Below are positions 27,436 to 37,052 of a stretch of 64,000 nucleotides of DNA, one piece after another (the first letter of the stretch is position 1; every line of letters starts with the position of its first letter). The notes under the pieces were generated by a model. That model made no database searches. It was not told where the DNA came from and saw only the letters and a program-made list of their open reading frames with translations. Position numbers and translations under genes: made by a program. Source of the stretch: Clostridia bacterium (GTDB lineage Bacteria > Bacillota > Clostridia > TANB77 > CAG-508); assembly GCA_900754085.1 (NCBI GenBank), contig CAAEBO010000006.1, positions 10,393 to 74,392 of the forward strand. Reading direction: 5' to 3'.

Positions 27436-28192
27436 CTCCTAGTTCACCTCCTAATAGAGTTTGAACTTCTATTATTTTTTCGAAAAACTCTTTTCTAGAA
27501 TCCTCTCCTTTTATAAGTTCATTAAAGATTTTTCCATCTTTTATAAATAATATTCTATTTGCATAACTTGCTGTAAAAGAATCGTGTGTTACCATTAATA
27601 TTGTTGTATTTAACTTTTTGTTTAAATCTTCAAAACTTTCTAGTAATTGTCTTGCAGATTTACTATCTAATGCTCCTGTAGGCTCATCTGCTAATACTAA
27701 TTTTGGATTTGTTATTATAGCTCTGCTTGATGCCACTCTTTGTTTTTGTCCTCCAGATATTTGGTATGGATATTTATTTAATATATCTGTTATATTTAAT
27801 TTATTTGCAATATCTTTTACTCTTGTTTCTATTTCTTTTGGCTTTACTTTTTGTATTGTAAGTGCAAGAGCTATATTTTCGTATGCTGTTAGTGTATCTA
27901 ATAAATTAAAATCTTGAAATATAAAACCTAGCTCTTCTCTTCTAAATTTATTTAATTTATTTCCTTTTAATTTAGTTATTTCTTGGTTATTTATTAAAAT
28001 TTTTCCAGCTGTTACTTTATCTATTGTTGCAATGCAATTTAAAAGTGTCGTTTTTCCAGAACCACTGGCTCCCATTATTCCTACAAATTCACCTTTTTCT
28101 ATATTAAAACTTATATTGTTTATAGCTTTGGTTAAATTTGATTTATTACCATAATATTTTTCTATGTTTTTAACTTCTAAAACCTTTTCCAT
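27425..28192 (-). CDS. BceA-type ABC transporter ATP-binding protein
   Basis: Contains GASGSGKTT, ISGGQKQR and VLADEPTGALD. Confidence 0.9.
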   Translation of the reverse strand: MEKVLEVKNIEKYYGNKSNLTKAINNISFNIEKGEFVGIMGASGSGKTTLLNCIATIDKVTAGKILINNQEITKLKGNKLNKFRREELGFIFQDFNLLDTLTAYENIALALTIQKVKPKEIETRVKDIANKLNITDILNKYPYQISGGQKQRVASSRAIITNPKLVLADEPTGALDSKSARQLLESFEDLNKKLNTTILMVTHDSFTASYANRILFIKDGKIFNELIKGEDSRKEFFEKIIEVQTLLGGELGDVI

Positions 28193-28266
28193 TTTTATCT
28201 CCTTTCAAATTTATTAATTATATTATATATTGTTTTTTATTTTGTACAATTTCTTTATCTTACATT

Positions 28267-28288
28267 AAACTTACATTTTTGTAAGTTT
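28267..28288. promoter_or_regulatory. Candidate BceR-type response-regulator box
   Basis: Perfect palindrome AAACTTACA-TTTT-TGTAAGTTT about 75-95 nt upstream of the bceA-like start. An extra CTTACA half-site lies at 28259..28264. Confidence 0.55.
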
Positions 28289-28300
28289 AGATTATTTACA

Positions 28301-28345
28301 TTTAAAAGAAGGGTAAAATACAATGTTAATTGCACTTTACCCTTC
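28301..28345 (-). terminator. Terminator of the orphan 136-aa gene
   Basis: The minus strand reads GAAGGGTAAA-(18 nt)-TTTACCCTTC followed by TTTT. Confidence 0.65.
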
Positions 28346-28359
28346 AATGTTAGAATACT

Positions 28360-28770
28360 TTAAAATTCATAAAACCTCAAAAATACTTTAGCAATGTTTA
28401 GTATCTGTTCATTTAATTCTTTTTCCATCTCATTTGGAACGTTAGAACATTCTAATTTTTGTTGCAGTCTTTCAGACCATGTCATAAATTCATATGAAAA
28501 TCCCTGTTCCGGCTGTTCGCTAAAGTCGAAATATATTTGCATTTCATCTGTATCTGTTAATTTTAACTCTACTTGTAATGCTTTTATAACTTCCTTAGGA
28601 CCATCATTTAAAGCCAGCTCATAAGTTGCTTTTCTTAAGTAGCGATTAAATTTCTCTACCGCTTCCTCTAAGCATTTTCTTTTCTCCCGGTATTCCTTTA
28701 CCATAGGCTCGTCTTCTAATACATAGTCGTCTCTTTCTTTGATTTCATCATTTAATAAACCGTATTCCAT
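28360..28770 (-). CDS. Acidic hypothetical protein (no family recognised)
   Basis: 136-aa ORF with a GGGAGGAA RBS and its own consensus promoter and terminator. Its G+C is higher than that of its neighbours. Confidence 0.6.
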   Translation of the reverse strand: MEYGLLNDEIKERDDYVLEDEPMVKEYREKRKCLEEAVEKFNRYLRKATYELALNDGPKEVIKALQVELKLTDTDEMQIYFDFSEQPEQGFSYEFMTWSERLQQKLECSNVPNEMEKELNEQILNIAKVFLRFYEF

Positions 28771-28823
28771 TGTTCATTCCTCCCATTCTTTTGGAACTAC
28801 TTTATTTCATTGTTTCGTAAATA

Positions 28824-28852
28824 ATTATATATTATTTTGTATTTTATGTCAA
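28824..28852 (-). promoter_or_regulatory. Consensus sigma-A promoter for the orphan gene
   Basis: The minus strand reads TTGACA, a 17-nt spacer, then TATAAT. The -35 element overlaps the histidine-kinase stop codon. Confidence 0.65.
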
Positions 28853-29865
28853 CTAGTCTTTATATCAAAAAAACTACCTCTAGGAAATAATAATTGTACC
28901 TCTGTTCCTAATTCTTTTTCTGATTTTATTTCTATTCCTATACACAATTTTTTGCATAATTTTTTGCACAAGTATAGTCCTATTCCTGTAGACTTCTTCC
29001 CTGTAATTCTTCCGTTTTCACCAGTAAAGCCTTTTTCAAATACTCTACTTAATTCTTTTTTATTTATTCCAATTCCATTATCTTTTATATACAAAACTGT
29101 ATTTTCTTTTTGTTCTTTAGAATATATTTCTATTTGCTTATTTTCACTTTGTGAATACTTTATAGCATTTTGTAATAATTGGCTTATTATAAATATGCAC
29201 CATTTACTATCTGTATATACTATTTTATCTAATTCTTTTGTGTTAATAGATATCTTGTTTTGTATTAATTGTGTTTTGTTTTTTAAAATACTTGCATTTA
29301 CTATATCTTTTAATTCTATTTTTCTTATTATGTAGTCTTTTTCTACCGTATTACTTCTTGCATAAAATAGTGCTTGTTCTGTATAGTTTTCTATTTTATC
29401 TATTTCTTCATTTATATTCTCTGTAACTTCATTTTTGTTGTTCTCTATAATCATTTTACTAGTAGCAATCGGAATTTTTATTTCATGAATCCATAATTCT
29501 ATAAAATCTTTATAATCTTCTTGTAAATACTTATACATATTTACATTTTCTAACATAGATTTGCCCATATCTTTAATAATATCTTCCATCATTTTTGTTT
29601 CCATGTAATTAGATTTTGGCAAAAGCTCTGTTATTAAATATTTTTCTTGCAAATCTTCCATTCTCGTTTTTATAGTGTTATAATATTGTTCTTTCGAATA
29701 GTATTCTATAAAAAATCCAATGAAAAATGCTAAACAAATAGCTACTGGTACATATATTTTTATATATAATTGTACATCATATGGAATCAAAAAAATTTCT
29801 ATACTAATTATTGTTAAAATTAATAAAATAATATATATAATTTTGTCTTTTAAAAATTTTTTCAT
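28849..29865 (-). CDS. BceS-type intramembrane-sensing histidine kinase
   Basis: Two N-terminal TM helices with almost no loop, an H-box (WIHEIKIPIA), an N-box (LLQNAIKYS) and a G-box (GIGLYLCKKL). Confidence 0.88.
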   Translation of the reverse strand: MKKFLKDKIIYIILLILTIISIEIFLIPYDVQLYIKIYVPVAICLAFFIGFFIEYYSKEQYYNTIKTRMEDLQEKYLITELLPKSNYMETKMMEDIIKDMGKSMLENVNMYKYLQEDYKDFIELWIHEIKIPIATSKMIIENNKNEVTENINEEIDKIENYTEQALFYARSNTVEKDYIIRKIELKDIVNASILKNKTQLIQNKISINTKELDKIVYTDSKWCIFIISQLLQNAIKYSQSENKQIEIYSKEQKENTVLYIKDNGIGINKKELSRVFEKGFTGENGRITGKKSTGIGLYLCKKLCKKLCIGIEIKSEKELGTEVQLLFPRGSFFDIKTS

Positions 29866-30533
29866 TTTAGAATATACCCCAATCCTCTTTTAGTTTCTAT
29901 TATGTCTTGTAATCCTATTTCTTCCAATTTTGTTCTTAGACGATTAATATTTACTGTAAGAGTATTATCATCTACAAAACTTTCACTATCCCATAAATAG
30001 TCCATTATTTCATTTCTAGATACAATTTTTTCTTTATTTAATACTAAGAAATATAGTATTTTTAGTTCATTTTTTGTAAGCTCTAGTGAGGCATCTTCTT
30101 TTTCGATAGTACTCTTCGAAATATTTAAAATAAAATTACCACAATTTATTTTATCTTGACTCATATTACTATTATAACTTCTTTTTAATAGCCTTTCTAT
30201 TTTAGCAAGTAATATTTGTATGTTATATGGCTTTGTTACATATTGGTCTGCACCATTATTAATACTTAAAAGTTCGTCTAGCTCATTATCTCTACTTGTT
30301 ACCATAATTATAGGTACATTAGAAACTTTTCGTACTTCTTTGCAAATATATTCTCCATCTACATATGGTAAATTTATATCTAGCAATATTAAATCTGATT
30401 TAACATTTATAATCTCTTCTATTGTATTATCAAATTTCTCTAGCATTTCTACATGATATCCATGTTTTTCTAAAAATATCTTTAGTTCCTCTCTTAATTT
30501 TTTATCATCTTCGACAATTAATATTTTAGACAT
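29862..30533 (-). CDS. OmpR/BceR-family response regulator
   Basis: Receiver domain (ILIVEDD, LILLDINLP) plus a winged-helix domain (LTKNELKILYFL...TVNINRLRTKLE). Confidence 0.92.
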   Translation of the reverse strand: MSKILIVEDDKKLREELKIFLEKHGYHVEMLEKFDNTIEEIINVKSDLILLDINLPYVDGEYICKEVRKVSNVPIIMVTSRDNELDELLSINNGADQYVTKPYNIQILLAKIERLLKRSYNSNMSQDKINCGNFILNISKSTIEKEDASLELTKNELKILYFLVLNKEKIVSRNEIMDYLWDSESFVDDNTLTVNINRLRTKLEEIGLQDIIETKRGLGYILK

Positions 30534-30593
30534 ATTATACTTCCTTTTTTTGCTTTTTTTAGTAATTATACTACGATAAATTTATTTGTACAA

Positions 30594-30654
30594 CAAAAAA
30601 AGTGTACTTAAGATTTTCTAATAAATATAAATTTTAAGAAAATTTTAAGTACAC
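30594..30654 (-). terminator. Long-stem rho-independent terminator after the ABC exporter operon
   Basis: The minus strand reads GTGTACTTAAAATTTTC...GAAAATCTTAAGTACAC followed by TTTTTTT. It shares a 22-nt block with 9791..9846. Confidence 0.7.
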
Positions 30655-30664
30655 AATAATTTTA

Positions 30665-32515
30665 TTATTCTATTTCATCATTACATTCCTCAAATTGAGA
30701 GTTGTATAACCCTGCATAAAATCCATCTTTTTCTAGTAATTCTTCATGTGTTCCTTGCTCTACAATGTCACCGTGGTTCATTACTAATATTAAATCTGCA
30801 TTCTTTATTGTAGATAGCCTATGTGCAATAATGAAACTTGTTCTACCTTTCATTAGGTTATCCATTGCAAATTGAATTTGTTGTTCTGTCCTTGTATCTA
30901 TAGAACTTGTTGCTTCATCTAAAATTAATATTTTAGGATCTGCTAAAATAACCCTTGCTATAGTTAATAATTGCTTTTGTCCTGCAGATACATTGCTTGT
31001 TTCCTCATTTAAATCTGATTTATATCCATTTGGCAATGTTTTTATAAAATGATGTACATGTGCTGCTTTGGCTGCTTCTATCACTTCGCTATCTGTTGCA
31101 TTTTCATTTCCATATTTTATATTGTCTTCTACACTACCACTAAACAACCATGTGTCTTGTAATACCATACCAAATAGTTTTCTTAATTTTCCTCTTTCGA
31201 AGTCTTTTATGTTATGGCCATCTATAAGAATAGAGCCACTATTTGTATCATAAAATCTCATTAATAATTTAACCATTGTAGTTTTTCCTGCTCCTGTAGG
31301 ACCTACTATAGCAATTTTTTGTCCATCTTTTATGTTAGCACAAAAATCATTAATAATTGTTTTTTCTGGATCATATCCAAAATTTACATGGTCGAAAACA
31401 ACATTTCCTTTCAAGTTATTCTCATTTATATTTCCTTTTGCTGTCTCTATTTCTTCTGGCTCTTCTAAAAATTCAAATACTCTTTCTGCTGCTGCAATCA
31501 TAGATTGTAATGTTCCAGAAATTTGTGCAATTTGTGTAATTGGCTGAACAAATTGCTTGTTATATTGTATAAAACTTTGAATGTCACCAACTGCAATTCT
31601 TCCTTGTATTGTTAAATACCCACCTAAAATAGCAACTGCTACATATCCTACATTTCCTATAAAGTTTGTTACTGGATATATTAATCCAGATAGAAATTGT
31701 GATCTCCATGCTGATTTATACAATACATTATTTGCTTTTATAAATTCTTCTGTGGCTTTTTCTTCTCCATTAAAGGCTTTTACTACTGTATGACCACCAT
31801 AAATTTCTTCTACTTGGCCATTTACATGACCTAAATAATCTTGTTGCGCTTTAAAATATTTTTGTGAGTGTTTTACTATCATAACACTTAAAAACGCTGT
31901 TACTGGTAATATTATTAATGAAACTACTGTCATACTCCAGCTTATAGAAAACATCATTATTAAAATTCCAATAATTGTACAAATAGATGTTATAATTTGT
32001 GTAATACTTTGGTTTAAGTTTTGTGATAATGTGTCTATATCATTTGTTATTATAGATAATGTTTCTCCATGTGTTCTTTTATCAAAATATTTCATTGGTA
32101 ATTTGTTAATTTTAGCTACTAAATCATTACGCATTTTATATGTAATTTTTTGCGTAATTGTAGTCATTGTAAATCCTTGTACCAAAGAAAATACTGCACT
32201 TAACGCATATAATCCTAATAGTGTAAGAAGTATCTTTCCTATTTTTCCAAAATCTATTCCAGACCCTCCACCTATTTTATCTACAATACCATTAAATATC
32301 TCTGTTGTTGCATTACCTAAAATTTTTGGTCCTACAATAGCAAATATAGTACTTCCTATTGCAAATAGAATAACCATTATTATTGGTATTTTATATTGTG
32401 CTAAATAATTCTTTAAAAGTTTTTTAGTAGTTTCTTTAAAATCTTTTGGCTTTTCTCCTACTCTTCCTTTACTACCTCTTCCCATTGGAGGTCTCACATT
32501 TTTATTTGTTACCAT
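30665..32515 (-). CDS. ABC exporter, fused permease/ATPase subunit (heterodimer partner)
   Basis: 616 aa. A 6-TM domain followed by GPTGAGKTT, VSAGQKQLL and ILILDEATSSID. Confidence 0.9.
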   Translation of the reverse strand: MVTNKNVRPPMGRGSKGRVGEKPKDFKETTKKLLKNYLAQYKIPIIMVILFAIGSTIFAIVGPKILGNATTEIFNGIVDKIGGGSGIDFGKIGKILLTLLGLYALSAVFSLVQGFTMTTITQKITYKMRNDLVAKINKLPMKYFDKRTHGETLSIITNDIDTLSQNLNQSITQIITSICTIIGILIMMFSISWSMTVVSLIILPVTAFLSVMIVKHSQKYFKAQQDYLGHVNGQVEEIYGGHTVVKAFNGEEKATEEFIKANNVLYKSAWRSQFLSGLIYPVTNFIGNVGYVAVAILGGYLTIQGRIAVGDIQSFIQYNKQFVQPITQIAQISGTLQSMIAAAERVFEFLEEPEEIETAKGNINENNLKGNVVFDHVNFGYDPEKTIINDFCANIKDGQKIAIVGPTGAGKTTMVKLLMRFYDTNSGSILIDGHNIKDFERGKLRKLFGMVLQDTWLFSGSVEDNIKYGNENATDSEVIEAAKAAHVHHFIKTLPNGYKSDLNEETSNVSAGQKQLLTIARVILADPKILILDEATSSIDTRTEQQIQFAMDNLMKGRTSFIIAHRLSTIKNADLILVMNHGDIVEQGTHEELLEKDGFYAGLYNSQFEECNDEIE

Positions 32516-34967
32516 CTTCTAATTCCTCCTTTGAAAGTTGTGATAAAGCAATTTGTTTATAAGTTTCACATGTTTTTATTAATTCTTCATGTGTTCCTTT
32601 TCCTACAATTTTACCTTCATCTAATACTATAATTTGGTCTGCATTCATAATTGTACTAATTCTTTGTGCAACTATAATTACAGTTTTATCCTTTGTGCGT
32701 TTTGCTAATTCTTCTCTTAAAATTTTATCTGTTTTTAAATCTAATGCTGAGAAGCTATCGTCAAATACAAATATCTCTGGGTCTATTGCAATAGCTCTTG
32801 CTATAGATAAACGTTGCTTTTGTCCTCCAGAAACATTTCCACCACCTTGTGCAATAGGTTCTTTGTATTTTTCTTGTTTATTGTTTATAAATTCTTCTGC
32901 TTGCGCAATTTGTGCAGATTCTACCATTGCTTCATCAGATATATCTTCTTTTCCATATTTTATGTTTGATTCTATTGTTCCAGAAAATAATACTCCTTTT
33001 TGTGGTACAAATCCAATCCTTTTTCTTAATTCTTTTTGGTTTGAATCTTTAATATTTATTCCATCTACAAGTAATTCTCCTCCTGTTACATCGTAAAATC
33101 TAGGAATTAAGTTTACTATTGTAGACTTTCCACTACCTGTACTTCCTATTAATGCTGTTGTTTCTCCTGGCTTTGCTGTAAATGTTATATCAGAAATAAC
33201 TTCTGTATCTGCATCTGGATAATGGAATGAAACATCTTTAAATTCTACATATCCTTTTTTGTCTTCTTTAAATTCTTTTGTTTTTTCTTTGTCTTTTATT
33301 TTTGGTTCTTTTTCTAACACTTCATTAATACGTCCTGCAGATACAATAGCTCTTGGTAACATTATAGATATCATAGATATCATTAAGAATGCCATTACTA
33401 TTTGCATTGTATATTGGATAAATGCCATTACATCTCCAACTTGCATTAACCCGTCATTTACATTATGTCCTCCAACCCAAACTATAAGTATTGCAATACA
33501 GTTCATAACAAGCATTAACGCTGGCATCATAATAGTCATTGCTCTATTAACAAAAACTTGTGCTTTCATTAAATCTCTATTTGCTTTTTCAAATCTTTTT
33601 TCTTCTTTTTCTTCTGTATTAAATGCACGTATTACTTGACTTCCTGTTAATATTTCACGTGATACTAAGTTTAATTTATCTACTAATTTTTGCAATATTT
33701 TAAATTTAGGTAAAGCTACAATCATTAAAGTTAAAACTATTATTATAATACATAGTACAGCTAAACCAATTATCCAAGCCATAGAAGCATCACTATTAAA
33801 TAAAACTCTTATAAATCCACCTATTGCTATTATTGGTGCATATACAATTACTCTAAATAAAATTGTAAGTAACATTTGTATTTGTTGTATATCGTTTGTA
33901 CTACGTGTTATTAAAGATGCTGTAGAAAAGCCATTAAATTCCTCTGTAGAAAAACTTAATACTTTTTTAAATACTTTTTCTCTTAAAGTTTTGCTAAGTT
34001 TAGCCGCTACTCTTGCAGATAATAACATTATAGTTACTGCTGAAATCATTGTGATTGCTGCAATTCCTAACATTTGTAATCCAGCTATTAAAATATATTC
34101 ATTCTGTATATCATCTGTATTAGCACCTAGAAATTGATATTGTGTTTTTACTTCTTGTATAGCTGCTTGCTCTAGCATAGATTCTGGTAAATCTGTAACC
34201 ATTTGGTCTATTTTACTTGGAAGCTCTGTTTCTATTTTACCTAAAAATGATGTTTTCTCCTCTTTTGGTAAATTAGTAATTATTTGAGCTAAAGTCATAT
34301 TATTCATTGCTATTTTTTGCTTTTCTGGCATATTTGCAATAATAGAATTTTTCATTTCATTTGCAATTTCTTCATTTGTTACCATTTGTTTAATAAGTAA
34401 TCCATTTATTAGATTAATATTTAATTTTCCTTTTTCTACATTACTTATATCATTTAATTTATATGTATTACCATCTTCAGATAGTGTATATGAATTTAAT
34501 ATTTCTTCTTTATTATTAGAAAAGTCTAAAATTAGGTTCATATCTTGTTTTGCTATTTCTTGTGGAGCTGAAAAAACAGAAAATGCAAGTAATGGTTTTG
34601 ACATAATTTGATTTAAATTTTCTCTTTCCTCTTTAGAAATGTTTTTTATTTTATATACTTCCTGTGTTTCTATTTCTGGATAATCTTTTAAGTCTTTTTC
34701 ATAATCGTTACTAGATGTCGTAATTAATTCATAATTATTTAAAATTTTATCATCTTCGTTTGTAAATTTTAAAAGACTATTCATCTGTTCTTTTGCAATA
34801 TAATCTGGTGAAGCATTCTCTATTCCACCTTGCTGAATACCAATATTTACAATTTTAGAAGTATATGTTGGTAATGCTAAGTCTGTTGCAGCTTGAACGC
34901 AAAGTAATATAACAATAATTAGTACAGACATAGCAGATTCTTTTAAGTTTCTTAATACTTTTAACAT
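32502..34967 (-). CDS. ABC exporter, fused permease/ATPase subunit with about 240-aa insertion after TM1
   Basis: 821 aa. Contains GSTGSGKST, VSGGQKQRL and IFVFDDSFSALD. A long hydrophilic segment lies between the first and second TM helices. Confidence 0.88.
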   Translation of the reverse strand: MLKVLRNLKESAMSVLIIVILLCVQAATDLALPTYTSKIVNIGIQQGGIENASPDYIAKEQMNSLLKFTNEDDKILNNYELITTSSNDYEKDLKDYPEIETQEVYKIKNISKEERENLNQIMSKPLLAFSVFSAPQEIAKQDMNLILDFSNNKEEILNSYTLSEDGNTYKLNDISNVEKGKLNINLINGLLIKQMVTNEEIANEMKNSIIANMPEKQKIAMNNMTLAQIITNLPKEEKTSFLGKIETELPSKIDQMVTDLPESMLEQAAIQEVKTQYQFLGANTDDIQNEYILIAGLQMLGIAAITMISAVTIMLLSARVAAKLSKTLREKVFKKVLSFSTEEFNGFSTASLITRSTNDIQQIQMLLTILFRVIVYAPIIAIGGFIRVLFNSDASMAWIIGLAVLCIIIIVLTLMIVALPKFKILQKLVDKLNLVSREILTGSQVIRAFNTEEKEEKRFEKANRDLMKAQVFVNRAMTIMMPALMLVMNCIAILIVWVGGHNVNDGLMQVGDVMAFIQYTMQIVMAFLMISMISIMLPRAIVSAGRINEVLEKEPKIKDKEKTKEFKEDKKGYVEFKDVSFHYPDADTEVISDITFTAKPGETTALIGSTGSGKSTIVNLIPRFYDVTGGELLVDGINIKDSNQKELRKRIGFVPQKGVLFSGTIESNIKYGKEDISDEAMVESAQIAQAEEFINNKQEKYKEPIAQGGGNVSGGQKQRLSIARAIAIDPEIFVFDDSFSALDLKTDKILREELAKRTKDKTVIIVAQRISTIMNADQIIVLDEGKIVGKGTHEELIKTCETYKQIALSQLSKEELEDGNK

Positions 34968-34985
34968 TGCTTTTTTCTCTCCTTT

Positions 34986-35594
34986 TTATTTTATAATTCC
35001 TCTTTTTAAAAATTCAATTTCTTTCAAATAGCTTGCTCTTGCTTGTTCTAAATCTTTATGTTTTAAAGAAACAACAATTCTTCTTCTAGTAATAGCAAAT
35101 AACATTTCTATTACTAATTTAAATTCTCCTTCATCTTCTACATTTAGTATGTCTTTATTTTTATCATATAAGTTATATAAAGTTTGCTCTAAATTCTTAT
35201 TAATTTCTTCTTTTTTTATGAACATAAGATTGTCACTGGTTTTAACATTTTCAAATATTTGCTTAAAAAGTTTATTATTTTTTTTCATTTTTCCTATCTG
35301 CATCAAATGATCATAAATATTAATGAAAATATTTATAATATTACCATTTTCATTTTCTATCATTTCTAATAATTTATTTTGCATATTACCAATTTTAGCT
35401 GACATAATATATTGGAACAAATCTTCTTTATCTTCAAAATATTGGTAAAAGCTTCCTCTTGCTATTTCTGCATCTTCTACAATATTTTTAATAGATGCTT
35501 GCTCTATTGGAACTCTTGCAAATTCTTTATTTGCTGCTTTTAATATTTTATTTTTTTTATCTTCTGGCAAATTAAAAAATGTACTTGTTGGCAT
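34986..35594 (-). CDS. TetR/AcrR family transcriptional regulator
   Basis: N-terminal HTH: ILKAANKEFARVPIEQASIKNIVEDAEIARGSFYQYF. Confidence 0.88.
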   Translation of the reverse strand: MPTSTFFNLPEDKKNKILKAANKEFARVPIEQASIKNIVEDAEIARGSFYQYFEDKEDLFQYIMSAKIGNMQNKLLEMIENENGNIINIFINIYDHLMQIGKMKKNNKLFKQIFENVKTSDNLMFIKKEEINKNLEQTLYNLYDKNKDILNVEDEGEFKLVIEMLFAITRRRIVVSLKHKDLEQARASYLKEIEFLKRGIIK

Positions 35595-35682
35595 CTTTTC
35601 CTCCTTTCTTAAAATGAATGAATTTTTATATTAGTACACAATTAAAAAGTTTGCATACATTATAATCATATAGTACCAAAAA

Positions 35683-35720
35683 GTGACACTGTATCATAAT
35701 TATATATGACACGGTGTCAC
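35683..35720. promoter_or_regulatory. Candidate TetR operator (inverted repeat)
   Basis: GTGACACTGT-(18 nt)-ACGGTGTCAC, 9 of 10 positions complementary, about 90-125 nt upstream of the TetR start. Confidence 0.45.
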
Positions 35721-35753
35721 ACGTCAATATAAGTTTTGTAACTTTTATGTGAA

Positions 35754-37052
35754 TTATTTTATATACTCTTTAAATTTATTTCCTCTTTCTTCGAAGTTTT
35801 TAAAAAATCCATAACTAGCTGCAGCCGGTGAAAGTAAACAAATTGTATTTTTCTTTGTTACTTTCTTTGCCTTTTTTACAGCTTCTTCTAAATTTTTTAC
35901 CAAATAACATTTTTTATTGTTTTCCATAGTCTGCAATTCTTTATATATTCTTTTCCCTGTATCTGGCATTAAAATAATATTTTCTAAATTTTCTTGCAAT
36001 AAAATAAATTTTTCCAAATTAGAATAGTCTATATTCCTATCCATTCCACCTAAAATTAAAGTGTTTACATTTTTTAAAGCCTTAATTCCTTCTATTGTTG
36101 TTTCTCCTATTGTAGATATAGAGTCATCATAATACAAAACATCCTCTTTTTTTGTTACAAATTCTAACCTATGTTCTAGTCCAGTAAATTTTTTAAGAGC
36201 TTCTTTAAAATTTTCGTTTGATATATTATATATTTCATTACAAATATAATATGAAACTGCAATATTAAACAAATTATGCTCGCCTACCAAATTTGTTTCA
36301 TTCTCCAAAATTTCTATCTTATTGTTAATGGTTTTTATAGTTCTTTTATTTATATAGTCACTAATGCAAATATTATTTGTTATTTTACTGTTTATATATG
36401 GTTTGCAAGTTTCTCCATAAATAAGGATATCGTTATTTTTTTGAAACTTATTAATATTTAATTTTGCATTAATATAATTTTTTAAGCTTTTGTAATGATC
36501 TAAATGTTCTGGAAACAAATTTAAAATTACAGCAATATGTGGTGAATACTTTATAAACTCTAGTTGATGACAACTAAGTTCAAATATTATATTTGTATTT
36601 TCATCTATTTCATTTATTGCATTAAAACATGGTATACCTATGTTACCTACTAATATAGTATTAGGAAAAAACTGTTTTAAAATTGTGTATGTAAGGCTAG
36701 AAGTTGTACTTTTTCCTTTTGTTCCTGTTATTCCAATTATTTGCTTTGACAAAATTTTTATAAATTCTTCTGTTTGTGAAGTTAATTTATTTGTATCTAT
36801 TACATTTTTATCTACCACAATCCCTGGGCTTTTAAATATTAAGTCATATTCATTTAATTGTTTTTGGCTATTTAATTTTTTTATTCCTTCTATGTTAGCA
36901 TCTTTTTGTTCTAAAACAGCTATTTCTTTACAACTAATATTATTGTTCTTTATAAATTGTAATGTAGAAATTCCTTCCTTTCCCAGTCCCCAAATTGCTA
37001 TTTTTTTATTTTCCAAGTCTTTTTTAAATTTATTTATTATGCTATCTTTCAT
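35754..37052 (-). CDS. MurD-like Mur ligase (atypical UDP-MurNAc-L-Ala--glutamate ligase)
   Basis: 432 aa. Contains GLGKEGIS, GITGTKGKSTT and PEHLDHY. The MurD-type C-terminus reads DDSISTI and SPAAASYGFFKNFEERG. Confidence 0.75.
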   Translation of the reverse strand: MKDSIINKFKKDLENKKIAIWGLGKEGISTLQFIKNNNISCKEIAVLEQKDANIEGIKKLNSQKQLNEYDLIFKSPGIVVDKNVIDTNKLTSQTEEFIKILSKQIIGITGTKGKSTTSSLTYTILKQFFPNTILVGNIGIPCFNAINEIDENTNIIFELSCHQLEFIKYSPHIAVILNLFPEHLDHYKSLKNYINAKLNINKFQKNNDILIYGETCKPYINSKITNNICISDYINKRTIKTINNKIEILENETNLVGEHNLFNIAVSYYICNEIYNISNENFKEALKKFTGLEHRLEFVTKKEDVLYYDDSISTIGETTIEGIKALKNVNTLILGGMDRNIDYSNLEKFILLQENLENIILMPDTGKRIYKELQTMENNKKCYLVKNLEEAVKKAKKVTKKNTICLLSPAAASYGFFKNFEERGNKFKEYIK

